A stretch of 64,000 nucleotides of DNA, taken from an archaeon (GTDB lineage Archaea; Nanobdellota; Nanobdellia; Pacearchaeales; GW2011-AR1). The stretch lies in NCBI GenBank assembly GCA_018697295.1, contig JABHTJ010000002.1:28027-92026 (forward strand), read 5' to 3'. Under the pieces are notes generated by a model. That model was given only the letters and a program-made list of their open reading frames with translations, was not told the DNA's origin and searched no databases. Every line of letters begins with the position of its first letter. Within the stretch, counting starts at the first letter, position 1. Positions 35,331 through 45,331 of the stretch are shown here, one piece after another. The position numbers were made by a program, and so were the translations under genes.

Positions 35331-38300
35331 TCAACCTGTAAAAAAACAAATTAGTGGACTTCGATTTCATTTGCTTAGCCCAGAACAAATTAAGAAATTG
35401 TCTGTTGCAAAAATTGTGACTCCTGAACTTTACGATATTGATGGTTATCCTGTTGATGGTGGTCTTATGGATCTTCGCCTTGGGGCAATTGATCCGGGTG
35501 TTCGATGTAGAACTTGTGGTGGTCGATTAAAAGAATGTCTTGGTCATCCTGGAATGATTGAACTTGCACGACCAACAATTCATATTAAATATCTTCCAAT
35601 TATCGATTTAGTTCTTCGTTCGACTTGTGAGGCTTGTGGAAAAGTTTTGATTAAGGAAGAAAAAGATTTATCGAAAAATTTAATTGATAGAATTAAAAAA
35701 GCAAAAGATGGGAAGAAATGTCCTCACTGTAGCATTGTTCAAGAAAAAGTAAAGCTCGAAAAACCAACGACTTTTAGAAGTGGTCGTAGAAGGTTATTTC
35801 CTTCAGAAATTAGAGAGCGTTTGGTAAATGTTAGTGATGAAGACCTTAAGATTCTTGGAATTAATGCCGAGACCCTTCGGCCAGAATGGGCGATTTTAAC
35901 TTTGCTTTTGGTTCCGAGCGTTACTGTTCGACCGTCGATTACTCTTGAATCTGGTGAGCGAAGTGAAGACGACTTAACTCATAAGATGTCAGATATTATT
36001 CGATCTAATCAAAGACTTTGGGAAAATTTGAATGCTGGAGCCCCGGAAGTTATTATTGAAGATTTATGGGACTTACTACAATATCATATTACAACTTTCT
36101 TTGATAACTCTATTGCTAAGATTCCTCCTGCACGACACCGAAGTGGACAACCTCTGAAAACTATTACTGAAAGAATTAAGGGAAAGGAAGGACGAATTAG
36201 AAAAAACTTGGCAGGTAAGCGAGTTAATTATTCTGCACGAACAGTTATTTCTCCTGATCCGAATTTAAACCTTAATGAAGTTGGAGTACCTCTTGCTGTT
36301 GCCAAAATTTTATCTGTTGCCGAAAAAGTTACGACGATAAATATGGGTCGAATGAAAAGTTTAATTTTGGCTACTGAATATCCTGCAGCTAATTATATTC
36401 TTCGACCAGATGGAAAACGAAAACGAATTACTGATGATCTTCGAGAAGAATTAATTAATGAGATTGAACCTGGATATACTGTTGAAAGACATTTGGTTGA
36501 TGGAGATATAGTTTTATTTAATCGTCATCCTAGCCTTCATCGGGCGTCGCTGATGGCACATTTTGTAAAAGTTTTGCCCGGAAAGACATTTAGGGTTCAT
36601 CCTGCAACTTGTAATCCTTATAATGCTGACTTTGACGGGGACGAAATGAATATTCACGCTCCGCAAACTGAAGAAGCGCGTGCTGAAGCAGAAGTTTTAT
36701 TGAATGTTAATGCAAATTTATTTTCTCCGAAGAACAACATGAATATGATGGGCTGTGTAAAAGATGCTGTTAGTGGAAATTTTATGCTTAATGAATCTGA
36801 ATTGAATAAAGAGGATGCAGCTCAATTTCTTCACGAGGCTGATGTTGGATCTATTGATGGCCTTAAAAAAAATCTTAGTGGAAAAGAAGTTTTTGAAAAA
36901 GTTATTCCTTCAAAACTATCGAAATCAGATATTGGATACCGAGGATTTAAGAGTGAAAAAGGTGCTTCCTTAAAAATTTTAGATAAGGAACTTGGACGAG
37001 ATGAAAGTATGGATATTTTGAAAAAAGTTTTTAGTCTTGGAACTACATTTTTATCTCGAACTGGATTTACTTTGTCTGCACACGATTTAGATGTTCCTGA
37101 ATCTGTTAAGAAAAAGACTCAAAAAATCATTGATTCTGCTGAATTAAAAACTGAAAAAATTATTGAAGATTATTATAATAAAACCTTGGAACTTCTTCCA
37201 GGTAAGTCTGCTGAAGAGAGTCGAGAAATTAAAATTTTACAAGCATTAAATGAGACGCGAACAGATATTGGTGATGCAGTAAAAGAAGGATTTCCGGAAG
37301 ATAATTTGGCGAGCAAAATGATTGGTAGTGGTGCTGGCGGAAGTATGTTGAATATTACTCAGATTGCATGTTCGGTTGGACAACAAGTTCTTAATGGGCG
37401 ACGAATCGATTTTGGATACACTGAGAGAACACTTCCATTATTCAAGAAAGGAGATTTATCTCCGAGAGCTGGAGGATTTATTTATAGTTCTTTTATGAAA
37501 GGTCTTCGGCCAGATGAATTTTTCTTTGGAGCAATGACTGGTCGAGATGGTTTAATGGATACTGCTCTTAGAACTCCTAAGTCTGGTTATTTATATCGAC
37601 GACTTGCGAATGCCTTACAGGATTTAGTTTTAGCTTATGATGGGACTGTTCGAGATGCATCTAATGCGATTGTTCAATTCAAATATGGTCTTGACGGAGT
37701 AGATATTTCTGCAAAACATATTGATGGAAAAGTTGCATCTGGAGAAGCTATCGGAGTTATAACTGCACAATCTTTTGGCGAATCTTCTACGCAGATGGTT
37801 CTTAATGTGTTCCACGCTGCAGGTGTTGCAGAAATGCAGGTTACTCAAGGTCTTCCACGTATCATTGAAATCTTTGATGCACGAAAAATGCCAAAAACAC
37901 CGACGATGGAAATTTATTTGAATAAAGATCATAACAATGAAAAAAATGCGCGAACTGTTGCTGAAAAAATTAAGGAAGTAACTTTGAAAGAAATTTTATC
38001 TAAAATTTCTATTGATTTTGGTTCTAAGAAAATTAAAATTAAAATTGATCCAAAGGCGCTCAAATCTGCACACATTACTCTTGAAACTGCCGTAGATGTT
38101 TTGAATGATAAAGGTTTTGCGGCGAAGAAAGTTCTTGATGGAATTACTCTTGATATGGTAAAAGAAGATTTTAAGGAAATTTACAAAACTAAAGAAAAGA
38201 TTAAGGAAGTAATTTTGTCTGGAGTTAAAAAAATTACTCAGGTTTTAATTGTTAAGCGAGGAAGTGATTACGTTATTTTGACTGCTGGTTCGAATTTGAA

Positions 38301-38748
38301 AGATGTTTTATTGTTTAAGGGCGTTGATACAACACGAACGATAACTAATGATATTCATGAAATTTCCAATGTGCTTGGTGTTGAAGCTGCTCGACAAGCG
38401 ATTATCAATGAAATTGGAAAAGTAATTGTTTCTCAAGGTCTTGATGTCGATAAAAAACATTCAATGCTTGTTGCTGATACTATGGTTAGTAGTGGGGCAG
38501 TGAAGGGAATTACTCGAATGGGAATTATCGGAGACAAAAATTCTATTCTTGCACGAGCGAGTTTTGAAACTCCTGATAAACAATTTGTTCAAGCTACTAA
38601 GACTGGAAAGCGAGATCCATTAAATTCAGTTATTGAAAATATTATTTTGAATCAACCTGTTCCTGTTGGAACTGGACTTCCTGGCCTTTTGGTTAAGATT
38701 ACTGGTTCTCTTGCTCAAAAAGATAAAAAAGCGAAGGCCAAAAAATGA
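35323..38748 (+). CDS. rpoA: RNA polymerase subunit A, fused A'+A'' (Rpo1)
   Basis: NADFDGD, bridge helix TALRTPKSGYLYRRL, followed in frame by A'' motifs GEAIG..AQS.GE..TQM, GLPRIIE, ARASFE. Confidence 0.97.
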   Translation: MNNQPVKKQISGLRFHLLSPEQIKKLSVAKIVTPELYDIDGYPVDGGLMDLRLGAIDPGVRCRTCGGRLKECLGHPGMIELARPTIHIKYLPIIDLVLRSTCEACGKVLIKEEKDLSKNLIDRIKKAKDGKKCPHCSIVQEKVKLEKPTTFRSGRRRLFPSEIRERLVNVSDEDLKILGINAETLRPEWAILTLLLVPSVTVRPSITLESGERSEDDLTHKMSDIIRSNQRLWENLNAGAPEVIIEDLWDLLQYHITTFFDNSIAKIPPARHRSGQPLKTITERIKGKEGRIRKNLAGKRVNYSARTVISPDPNLNLNEVGVPLAVAKILSVAEKVTTINMGRMKSLILATEYPAANYILRPDGKRKRITDDLREELINEIEPGYTVERHLVDGDIVLFNRHPSLHRASLMAHFVKVLPGKTFRVHPATCNPYNADFDGDEMNIHAPQTEEARAEAEVLLNVNANLFSPKNNMNMMGCVKDAVSGNFMLNESELNKEDAAQFLHEADVGSIDGLKKNLSGKEVFEKVIPSKLSKSDIGYRGFKSEKGASLKILDKELGRDESMDILKKVFSLGTTFLSRTGFTLSAHDLDVPESVKKKTQKIIDSAELKTEKIIEDYYNKTLELLPGKSAEESREIKILQALNETRTDIGDAVKEGFPEDNLASKMIGSGAGGSMLNITQIACSVGQQVLNGRRIDFGYTERTLPLFKKGDLSPRAGGFIYSSFMKGLRPDEFFFGAMTGRDGLMDTALRTPKSGYLYRRLANALQDLVLAYDGTVRDASNAIVQFKYGLDGVDISAKHIDGKVASGEAIGVITAQSFGESSTQMVLNVFHAAGVAEMQVTQGLPRIIEIFDARKMPKTPTMEIYLNKDHNNEKNARTVAEKIKEVTLKEILSKISIDFGSKKIKIKIDPKALKSAHITLETAVDVLNDKGFAAKKVLDGITLDMVKEDFKEIYKTKEKIKEVILSGVKKITQVLIVKRGSDYVILTAGSNLKDVLLFKGVDTTRTITNDIHEISNVLGVEAARQAIINEIGKVIVSQGLDVDKKHSMLVADTMVSSGAVKGITRMGIIGDKNSILARASFETPDKQFVQATKTGKRDPLNSVIENIILNQPVPVGTGLPGLLVKITGSLAQKDKKAKAKK

Positions 38749-39002
38749 GTATAAAAGAAATTAAAGAAGCAATTGATGAAAACGCGGCACTATTTGGAAT
38801 TCGTCAAGCTCTTAAGAAAGGAAAAGATTCTCAAGGAGTTTTTATTGCAAAAGATGCTCGAGATTCGACAGTTGATATTTTAGAAAATTCGGATATTGAA
38901 TTTGTTGTTTTGAAGAGTAAGGCTGATTTGGCGAAGGAACTTAATTTAGATTTTGAGACTGAAGTTATTTGTTTGATTGAGCCACGAGGGGCCCAAAAAT
39001 AA
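38745..39002 (+). CDS. rpl30e: Ribosomal protein L30e (divergent, L7Ae family)
   Basis: Position between rpoA and nusA; G.RQALK, VFIA.D pattern. Confidence 0.75.
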   Translation: MSIKEIKEAIDENAALFGIRQALKKGKDSQGVFIAKDARDSTVDILENSDIEFVVLKSKADLAKELNLDFETEVICLIEPRGAQK

Positions 39003-39011
39003 TTTAGGATT

Positions 39012-39437
39012 ATGGGAACTACAATAGATATGCAGTTTATGAGGTACATTAATTTATTTTCAAAGGTTTGTCGAGTAAGTACGACTAAATGTTTTATGTA
39101 CAATAATCAAATTGTTTTTGCAGTTCCGAAAGGTCAGGTTTCTTTTGCGATTGGAAAAGATGCAGTTAATGTTAAACGTCTTCGAGATACGCTTCGGAAA
39201 AAAATAAAAGTTATTGCAATGCCTGCAAAAGATGACGACGAAGGGATAATTACTTTTATCAAGGATTTAGTAAGTCCTGTTGAATTTACAGGTGTTGAAA
39301 TAAAAGATTCTGGAGTTACTGTTACTGCTGGTCGTCAGAATAAGGCCGCACTTATTGGAAGAAACAGGGTGCGAGAAAAAGAGTTATTGGATATTTTGAA
39401 AAATCATTTTGGGTTTAGTAAAGTTAAGATTGCGTAA
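39012..39437 (+). CDS. nusA: Archaeal NusA (two KH domains)
   Basis: AIGKDAVNVK and LIGRNR KH loops; operon position. Confidence 0.9.
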   Translation: MGTTIDMQFMRYINLFSKVCRVSTTKCFMYNNQIVFAVPKGQVSFAIGKDAVNVKRLRDTLRKKIKVIAMPAKDDDEGIITFIKDLVSPVEFTGVEIKDSGVTVTAGRQNKAALIGRNRVREKELLDILKNHFGFSKVKIA

Positions 39438-39489
39438 TGTGCTCGAATATACTAAACTTTATAAATTGAAATTTCAACAAATAGATACG

Positions 39490-39912
39490 ATGGGATTAAT
39501 GAGTGGACGAAAATTGAAGAATGCGAGAAAGAAATTTCGCGATAATAGGTTGCCTGATAAAAAAAAGCGACTTGGAATTAGTTTGAAGTTTGATCCACTT
39601 GGACGAGCTAGCCAGGCAAAAGGAATAGTTACTAAGAAAATTCAAAAAGAAGCAAAGCAGCCAAACTCAGCTATGAGAAAATGTTGCAGGGTTCAGTTAA
39701 TCGGAAGTGGAAAAGAAGTTACTGCTTTTATTCCGGGGAACTTGGCGCAAAAGTTTGTTGATGAACACGATGAAGTTCTTATTGAAAGAATTGGTGGAAA
39801 ACAAGGACGAACGAAAGGGGATTTATCTGGTGTTCGATTTGCAGTTATTAAAGTAAATGATCAACCTCTAGAAAGGCTTTGGACTGGAAAGATTGAGAAG
39901 GGACGTCGATAA
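39490..39912 (+). CDS. rps12: 30S ribosomal protein S12 (uS12)
   Basis: EAKQPNSAMRKC.RVQL, VTAFIPG; start moved to MGLMSG. Confidence 0.97.
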   Translation: MGLMSGRKLKNARKKFRDNRLPDKKKRLGISLKFDPLGRASQAKGIVTKKIQKEAKQPNSAMRKCCRVQLIGSGKEVTAFIPGNLAQKFVDEHDEVLIERIGGKQGRTKGDLSGVRFAVIKVNDQPLERLWTGKIEKGRR

Positions 39913-40359
39913 ATGGGAGCTGGATGTGAGCCAGATGGAGATATTATTGGGGCTGCAGCTCATGCAAGGTTAGGGCTTTTTGGAGCTGGGAGAGATTCAA
40001 TAGAGGATTTTGCCCGAACAGGTGTTCGAAAATCTGGGGGAAATCTCATCGAAGTTAGAGAAGATTCTGGAGCGGCTGAAAGTGCGAATGAAGTAAATTG
40101 GATAAATCCAGATATTCGGAGAAATGATGGGTTAGTTGAAGTTTATGAGGCTACTGCTTCTGTTGATGGACACCGGAGTGTAAGGGTTCAAGGTTATTCT
40201 GAAGATACTTTTGAAAGTTTTGAGAATCCTGGACCGAGAGTTTATCTTACTTCGATTGAACGAGCTTCAGATAGTCGTGATGTTGTTGCCCTATTAGATG
40301 AACAAACTCGCCGATATGGATTTAAGTCTACTTTGAAGACGGTTGGTGCAGAATGGTAG
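39913..40359 (+). CDS. Hypothetical protein inserted between rps12 and rps7
   Basis: 148-codon ORF abutting rps12 and overlapping rps7 start; no recognisable motif. Confidence 0.7.
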   Translation: MGAGCEPDGDIIGAAAHARLGLFGAGRDSIEDFARTGVRKSGGNLIEVREDSGAAESANEVNWINPDIRRNDGLVEVYEATASVDGHRSVRVQGYSEDTFESFENPGPRVYLTSIERASDSRDVVALLDEQTRRYGFKSTLKTVGAEW

Positions 40360-40949
40360 AAATGAAAGTGTTCGGAATGTTTGATGCGTCAGAAGTTAGT
40401 ATTTCTGATCCTGGTTTGAAGCGAGTTGTTAATTTGGATTCTAAATTGTTATTAAAATCTCATGGGCGGATTAAATATGATCCTACTCGGGCGAAAGTTA
40501 ATGTTGTTGAAAGACTAATTAATTTGTTACAAGTTCCTGGTAGTCGGGGAAAGAAGCACAGAATTATTACTGGTTGGATTACTGGAAAGCATACTCGATG
40601 TACGAAAATTGTTATTGATGCATTCAAGATTATTCAAGAAAAAACTGGAGAGAATCCTTTAGTTGTTTTTGCACGAGCGATTGAAAACGGAGCTCCGCGA
40701 GACGAAGTAACCTCTATTGAATATGGTGGAGCGAAATATCCTCAGGCAGTTGATGTTAGTCCACGACGACGATTGAATCTTGTTTTAAGATATATTATTA
40801 ATGGTTCTTATGATAAAGCATTTAATAAAAAAGCAACTATTGTTGAATCTTTGGCTAAAGAAATAATGGCTGCAGCAGCAAATTCTGGAGAGAGTTACGC
40901 GATTGGTAAGAAGAATGATGCAGAGAAACAAGCCGACGCTGCTCGTTAA
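40353..40949 (+). CDS. rps7: 30S ribosomal protein S7
   Basis: VERLIN, ENP...AIENGAPRDE, AVDVSP.RR, ESLAKEI. Confidence 0.97.
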   Translation: MVEMKVFGMFDASEVSISDPGLKRVVNLDSKLLLKSHGRIKYDPTRAKVNVVERLINLLQVPGSRGKKHRIITGWITGKHTRCTKIVIDAFKIIQEKTGENPLVVFARAIENGAPRDEVTSIEYGGAKYPQAVDVSPRRRLNLVLRYIINGSYDKAFNKKATIVESLAKEIMAAAANSGESYAIGKKNDAEKQADAAR

Positions 40950-41101
40950 TTTTTTATTTTCAATAGCAATTTCTTGATTAAAATTTTCTTATGTGTGATG
41001 TGCACACTGCGAAAATTTTTCCTGTAAAATCTAACTGATGAAAATAAAAAATTGTTGTCGGAATTGCTAAATTTTTATAAAGTCTCGACGTTTTTTGATT
41101 T

Positions 41102-41341
41102 ATGAAAATGGGGACAAGCAGAGATTTAGAACTCGGTGAAGAGGCTGAAATGAACCCTCATAATATGCCCTTTTCCGTTACTGGTGGCTGGATTAGGAGG
41201 AATAGTTCCCAAAGATATCCAGATTATGATTTTGTTGATAGAGATTCTGTGAGATATGTTTATGATCGTTCAATTCCTTTTTCTGAACAGGGAAGATCTG
41301 AGGAACGATATACTCTTAATCGACATTTTTCTTTAGGCTAA
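41102..41341 (+). CDS. Small hypothetical protein
   Basis: ATG ORF with own TATA (TTTATAAA) about 25 nt upstream. Confidence 0.55.
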   Translation: MKMGTSRDLELGEEAEMNPHNMPFSVTGGWIRRNSSQRYPDYDFVDRDSVRYVYDRSIPFSEQGRSEERYTLNRHFSLG

Positions 41342-41410
41342 GATAGTCGTTTAATTTTTTTATTACATTTTATACAAAAGTTTTTAAAGCAAATCTTCAA
41401 CATTTATCCT

Positions 41411-43582
41411 ATGGCAGATGACATGATTGAGAAGGTTAAGGCTTTACAAAACGATCCAAAGCATATTCGTAATATCGCGATTTGTGCGCACATTGATCAC
41501 GGTAAGACGACATTTTCTGACAATTTACTTGCCGGAGCTGGAATGATGAGTGAGGATTTGGCTGGAAAGGCTCGAACACTTGATTTTCATGAAGACGAAG
41601 CAGAGCGAGGAATTACAATTGATTCTGCTAGCGTTTCTATGGTTCACAAGGTAGAGGGGCAAGATTATTTGATTAATTTAATTGATACTCCTGGTCACGT
41701 TGACTTCGGTGGAGATGTTACTCGAGCAATGCGTGCAGTGGATGGTGCGATTGTTTTGACATGTGCAAGTGAAGGGATTATGCCTCAAACTGAGACTGTT
41801 CTTCGACAAGCATTAAAAGAAAGAGTAAAACCAATTTTATTTATTAATAAGGTTGATCGATTAATTCGAGAAGTAAAGCTTACTCCTGAAGAAATGCAAA
41901 AACGATTTATTGGAATTATTGATGATGTTAATAAATTAATTATGAAAATTGCTGAACCTGGATATGGTGAAAAATGGCAAGTAAATGTCGCGGACGGTTC
42001 GGTTGCGTTTGGTTCTGCATTCCATAATTGGGCACTTTCAATTCCATACATGCAGAAAAATGGAATTTCATTTAAAGAAATAATTGATGCTTACGAGGCT
42101 GGTGGAGAAGAATATAAAGTTTTAGCGAAGAAAGCTCCGATTCACGAAGTTATTTTGAACATGGTTGTAACGAATCATCCCAATCCCGTTACTGCACAAG
42201 AATATCGGATTCCAAAAATTTGGCACGGCGATTTAGAAAGCCAAGCTGGGAAAGATTTTCAAGCATGTAATATTGATGGAGAAGTAGCATTTGTTCCAAT
42301 TAAAATTGTGGTTGACCCTCATGCTGGTGAAGTGGCAGCTGGACGACTTTTTGGTGGACGGATTAAACAAGGAGATGAACTTCATATGAATATCGCAGGA
42401 ACTCAAGTTCGTGTTCAACAAGTTTCAATTTACAAAGGTGCACAGCGAGTTCGTCTTGACGAAGTTGTAGCCGGAAATATCGTCGGTATTGTGGGATTAA
42501 AAGATGTTGTTGTTGGAGAAACTGTTTCTAAAAATCCGATTGAGCCATTTGAAGCGATTAGTCATTTGTTTGAACCGGTTGTTACTAAGTCGATTAGTGC
42601 GAAGAGAACTGCAGATTTACCAAAACTTATTGAAATTCTTAGACAAATTGGAAAGGAAGATCCAAGTCTTAAAATTGAAATTAATGAAGAGACTGGAGAA
42701 TCTTTGATTTCTGGAATGGGTGAGCTTCATTTAGAAATTATTGAAAATAGAATTAAGACTGAAAAGAAATTAGAGGTTGAATGTGGTTCGCCAATTGTTG
42801 TTTTTAGAGAATCGGTAACTAAGAAAAGTGATATTGCAGTTGGCCGAAGTCCGAATAAGCACAATGATTTCTTTATTACAGTTGAACCTTTAGAAGATGC
42901 AGTTATTGAAGCAATCGCTGAGGGAAAAATTCCTGAAGGTCGAATTAAGAAAAAAGATAAAACTCTTGACGAGACTTTGGTTGGTCTGGGTATTTCTCGA
43001 GATGAAGCAGGACAGTATCGGGATGTTTACAAGGGAAGTATATTTTTAGATAAGACTAAAGGAATTGTTCAAATTGGTGAAGTGATGGAACTTTTACTTG
43101 ACGCATTCGAACAAGTTATGACTGCTGGTCCAATGGCTCGAGAACCTTGTCATAAATTAAAAGTCTCAGTTGTTGATATGAAACTTCACGAGGACGCTAT
43201 TCACCGTGGTCCTGCACAAGTATACCCTGCAGTTAGAGAGGCAGTTAAGGAAGCATTTGCAAAAGCAATCCCTTGTATTTTTGAGCCTGTTCAAGTTCAT
43301 CAAATTGAAGCCCCTACAGAATTTATGGGGGCAATGACTTCTTTAGTTTCTACAAAACGAGGAAATTTAATCGATGTTGCTCAAGAAGCGAGCGGTACGA
43401 CGATAAAAGCAGAACTTCCAGTTCAAGAAATGATTGGATGGACTTCAGATTTACGAAGTTCTACCGAAGGTCGTGGAATTTCAAGTTTAGTTTCTCAGAC
43501 TTTTAAGAAATTGCCCGGAGATTTGCAGCCAAAAGTTGTGAAGCAGATTCGAGAGAGGAAAGGTTTGGCTGAGAACCAGTAA
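41411..43582 (+). CDS. fusA: Elongation factor 2
   Basis: AHIDHGKTT, RGITI, DTPGHVDF, NKVD, diphthamide loop LHEDAIHRGPAQ. Confidence 0.98.
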   Translation: MADDMIEKVKALQNDPKHIRNIAICAHIDHGKTTFSDNLLAGAGMMSEDLAGKARTLDFHEDEAERGITIDSASVSMVHKVEGQDYLINLIDTPGHVDFGGDVTRAMRAVDGAIVLTCASEGIMPQTETVLRQALKERVKPILFINKVDRLIREVKLTPEEMQKRFIGIIDDVNKLIMKIAEPGYGEKWQVNVADGSVAFGSAFHNWALSIPYMQKNGISFKEIIDAYEAGGEEYKVLAKKAPIHEVILNMVVTNHPNPVTAQEYRIPKIWHGDLESQAGKDFQACNIDGEVAFVPIKIVVDPHAGEVAAGRLFGGRIKQGDELHMNIAGTQVRVQQVSIYKGAQRVRLDEVVAGNIVGIVGLKDVVVGETVSKNPIEPFEAISHLFEPVVTKSISAKRTADLPKLIEILRQIGKEDPSLKIEINEETGESLISGMGELHLEIIENRIKTEKKLEVECGSPIVVFRESVTKKSDIAVGRSPNKHNDFFITVEPLEDAVIEAIAEGKIPEGRIKKKDKTLDETLVGLGISRDEAGQYRDVYKGSIFLDKTKGIVQIGEVMELLLDAFEQVMTAGPMAREPCHKLKVSVVDMKLHEDAIHRGPAQVYPAVREAVKEAFAKAIPCIFEPVQVHQIEAPTEFMGAMTSLVSTKRGNLIDVAQEASGTTIKAELPVQEMIGWTSDLRSSTEGRGISSLVSQTFKKLPGDLQPKVVKQIRERKGLAENQ

Positions 43583-43692
43583 GACTATTATTGTTTAATT
43601 CTCCTTCCCAAAAACTTTAAAAACCACTCTAAACACAAATATTTATCTTGATTCGTCAAGAATTAAACTAACTAAATTAAACAAAAAATAAT

Positions 43693-44979
43693 ATGGCTAA
43701 AGAAAAACCAGGAATGAACGTTGTATTCGTTGGACATGTCGACCAAGGAAAGTCTACTTGCGTAGGTAGAGTATTCTTCGACGGTGGCGCAGTTTCTGAA
43801 CAAGAAATGAAGAAGTTCAAAGAAGAAGCGGAAAAACACGGTAAAGCAGGTTTTGAATTTGCATATGTAATGGATGATTTGAAGGAAGAGCGAGAAAGAG
43901 GGGTTACTATTAATCTTTCTTACAAGAAGCTTATGACTCAGAATTTTGAAGTTACTATTATTGACGCTCCAGGGCACAAGGATTTTGTTAAAAACATGAT
44001 TACTGGTGCCTCTCAAGCAGACGCAGCTTTCTTAGTTGTCGGATGTGAAGACGGAGTTCAGCCACAAACAAAAGAACACGTTTGGTTACTTCGAACTATG
44101 GGTGTTAAACACTTAGCAGTTCTTATTAACAAAATGGATGTTGTTGACTATTCTGAAGAAAAGTTTAACAAAGCTGTTGCTGATGTCAAAGAAGTTATCA
44201 AACAGGCAGGATATGCTCCGGATACTACACCTTTTATCCCCGGCTCTGCATTAATGGGCGATAACATTGCAAACAAGACTGACAAGTTGGCTTGGTACAA
44301 AGGACCTACAGTTTTAGAACAAATTGATAAGTTCCCTGCACCAGAAAAACCAACTAATTTACCAATGCGAATGCCAATCCAAGATGTCTATGATATCACT
44401 GGTATTGGTACTGTTCCTGTAGGAAAGATTGAAACTGGAATTATGAAGATCGGACAAAAGATCATCGTTTTACCGGGTCGATCTGGAAGTGGAATCGAGG
44501 GTGAAGTTCGAAGTATCGAAGCTCACCACGAACAATTGCAAGAAGGCGAAGCTGGAGACAATGTTGGTATCAACCTGAGAGGGATTGGTAAAAAAGACAT
44601 GGCTCGAGGAGACGTTATCTGTGATGCTGCTGAACCTGCAAGTATTGTTGAAGAGTTTGAAGCACAAATCGCTGTTATCAATCATCCAACAGTAATCGCA
44701 AAAGGTTATACACCAGTTTTCCATGTTCATACAGCACAAGTTCCATGTCAATTCGTGGAATTAGTGTCTAAGTTGGACCCTGCAAGCGGACAAGTAAGCG
44801 AAGAAAACCCAGACTTCTTGAAGAATGGGGACGTTGCAATTGTAAAAATTAAGCCGATCGGTAATCTTGTTTTGGAATCTGCAGATAAGAATCCAAATAT
44901 GGCAAGATTTGCTATCCGAGACGCTGGTATTACTGTTGCAGCTGGTGTTTGTAAATCACTTACTTCAAAAAAACTTTAA
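43693..44979 (+). CDS. tuf: Elongation factor 1-alpha
   Basis: GHVDQGKST, ERERGVTI, DAPGHKDFVKNMITG, NKMD. Confidence 0.98.
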   Translation: MAKEKPGMNVVFVGHVDQGKSTCVGRVFFDGGAVSEQEMKKFKEEAEKHGKAGFEFAYVMDDLKEERERGVTINLSYKKLMTQNFEVTIIDAPGHKDFVKNMITGASQADAAFLVVGCEDGVQPQTKEHVWLLRTMGVKHLAVLINKMDVVDYSEEKFNKAVADVKEVIKQAGYAPDTTPFIPGSALMGDNIANKTDKLAWYKGPTVLEQIDKFPAPEKPTNLPMRMPIQDVYDITGIGTVPVGKIETGIMKIGQKIIVLPGRSGSGIEGEVRSIEAHHEQLQEGEAGDNVGINLRGIGKKDMARGDVICDAAEPASIVEEFEAQIAVINHPTVIAKGYTPVFHVHTAQVPCQFVELVSKLDPASGQVSEENPDFLKNGDVAIVKIKPIGNLVLESADKNPNMARFAIRDAGITVAAGVCKSLTSKKL

Positions 44980-45013
44980 GGTCTAATTGACCTCTTTTTA
45001 TTTTTATTTTTAT

Positions 45014-45038
45014 AACCTTCGGGATTTTCTCGAAGGTT
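45014..45038 (+). terminator. Hairpin after tuf, flanked by T-tracts
   Basis: aaccttcggga-ttt-tctcgaaggtt. Confidence 0.55.
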
Positions 45039-45064
45039 GATGACTTTTTATTTTTCGTAAATTA

Positions 45065-45080
45065 CTTAAGTAGTGTTAAC
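45065..45080. promoter_or_regulatory. Candidate operator CTTAAG-TAGT-GTTAAC
   Basis: Resembles sites at 22747 and 23181; lies upstream of the small membrane gene. Confidence 0.5.
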
Positions 45081-45102
45081 TCTATAATCTAGGAGGTGTT
45101 TT

Positions 45103-45273
45103 ATGCAAAGTAAATGGTATGCGTGGCTTGTGACCTTGATAGGTGTATTGTTGATTCTTCCCTTATTGGGAGTTGATGCTTTAGGAACTGTTACTGAAGG
45201 AGTTACTGCTTGGTTAATCGCAATCGCAATTTTGATTATAGGAATAATCGGAATTATGAAAAGTTCTAAGTAG
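45103..45273 (+). CDS. 56-aa two-TM membrane protein (below ORF-track cut-off)
   Basis: MQSKWYAWLVTLIGVLLILPLLGVDALGTVTEGVTAWLIAIAILIIGIIGIMKSSK; strong SD AGGAGGTG at 45091. Confidence 0.85.
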   Translation: MQSKWYAWLVTLIGVLLILPLLGVDALGTVTEGVTAWLIAIAILIIGIIGIMKSSK

Positions 45274-45331
45274 CTTTTAATTTAAATTCTCTAAGAAATT
45301 ATTTTGGAGGATTTTATTTTTAATTCCTTTT

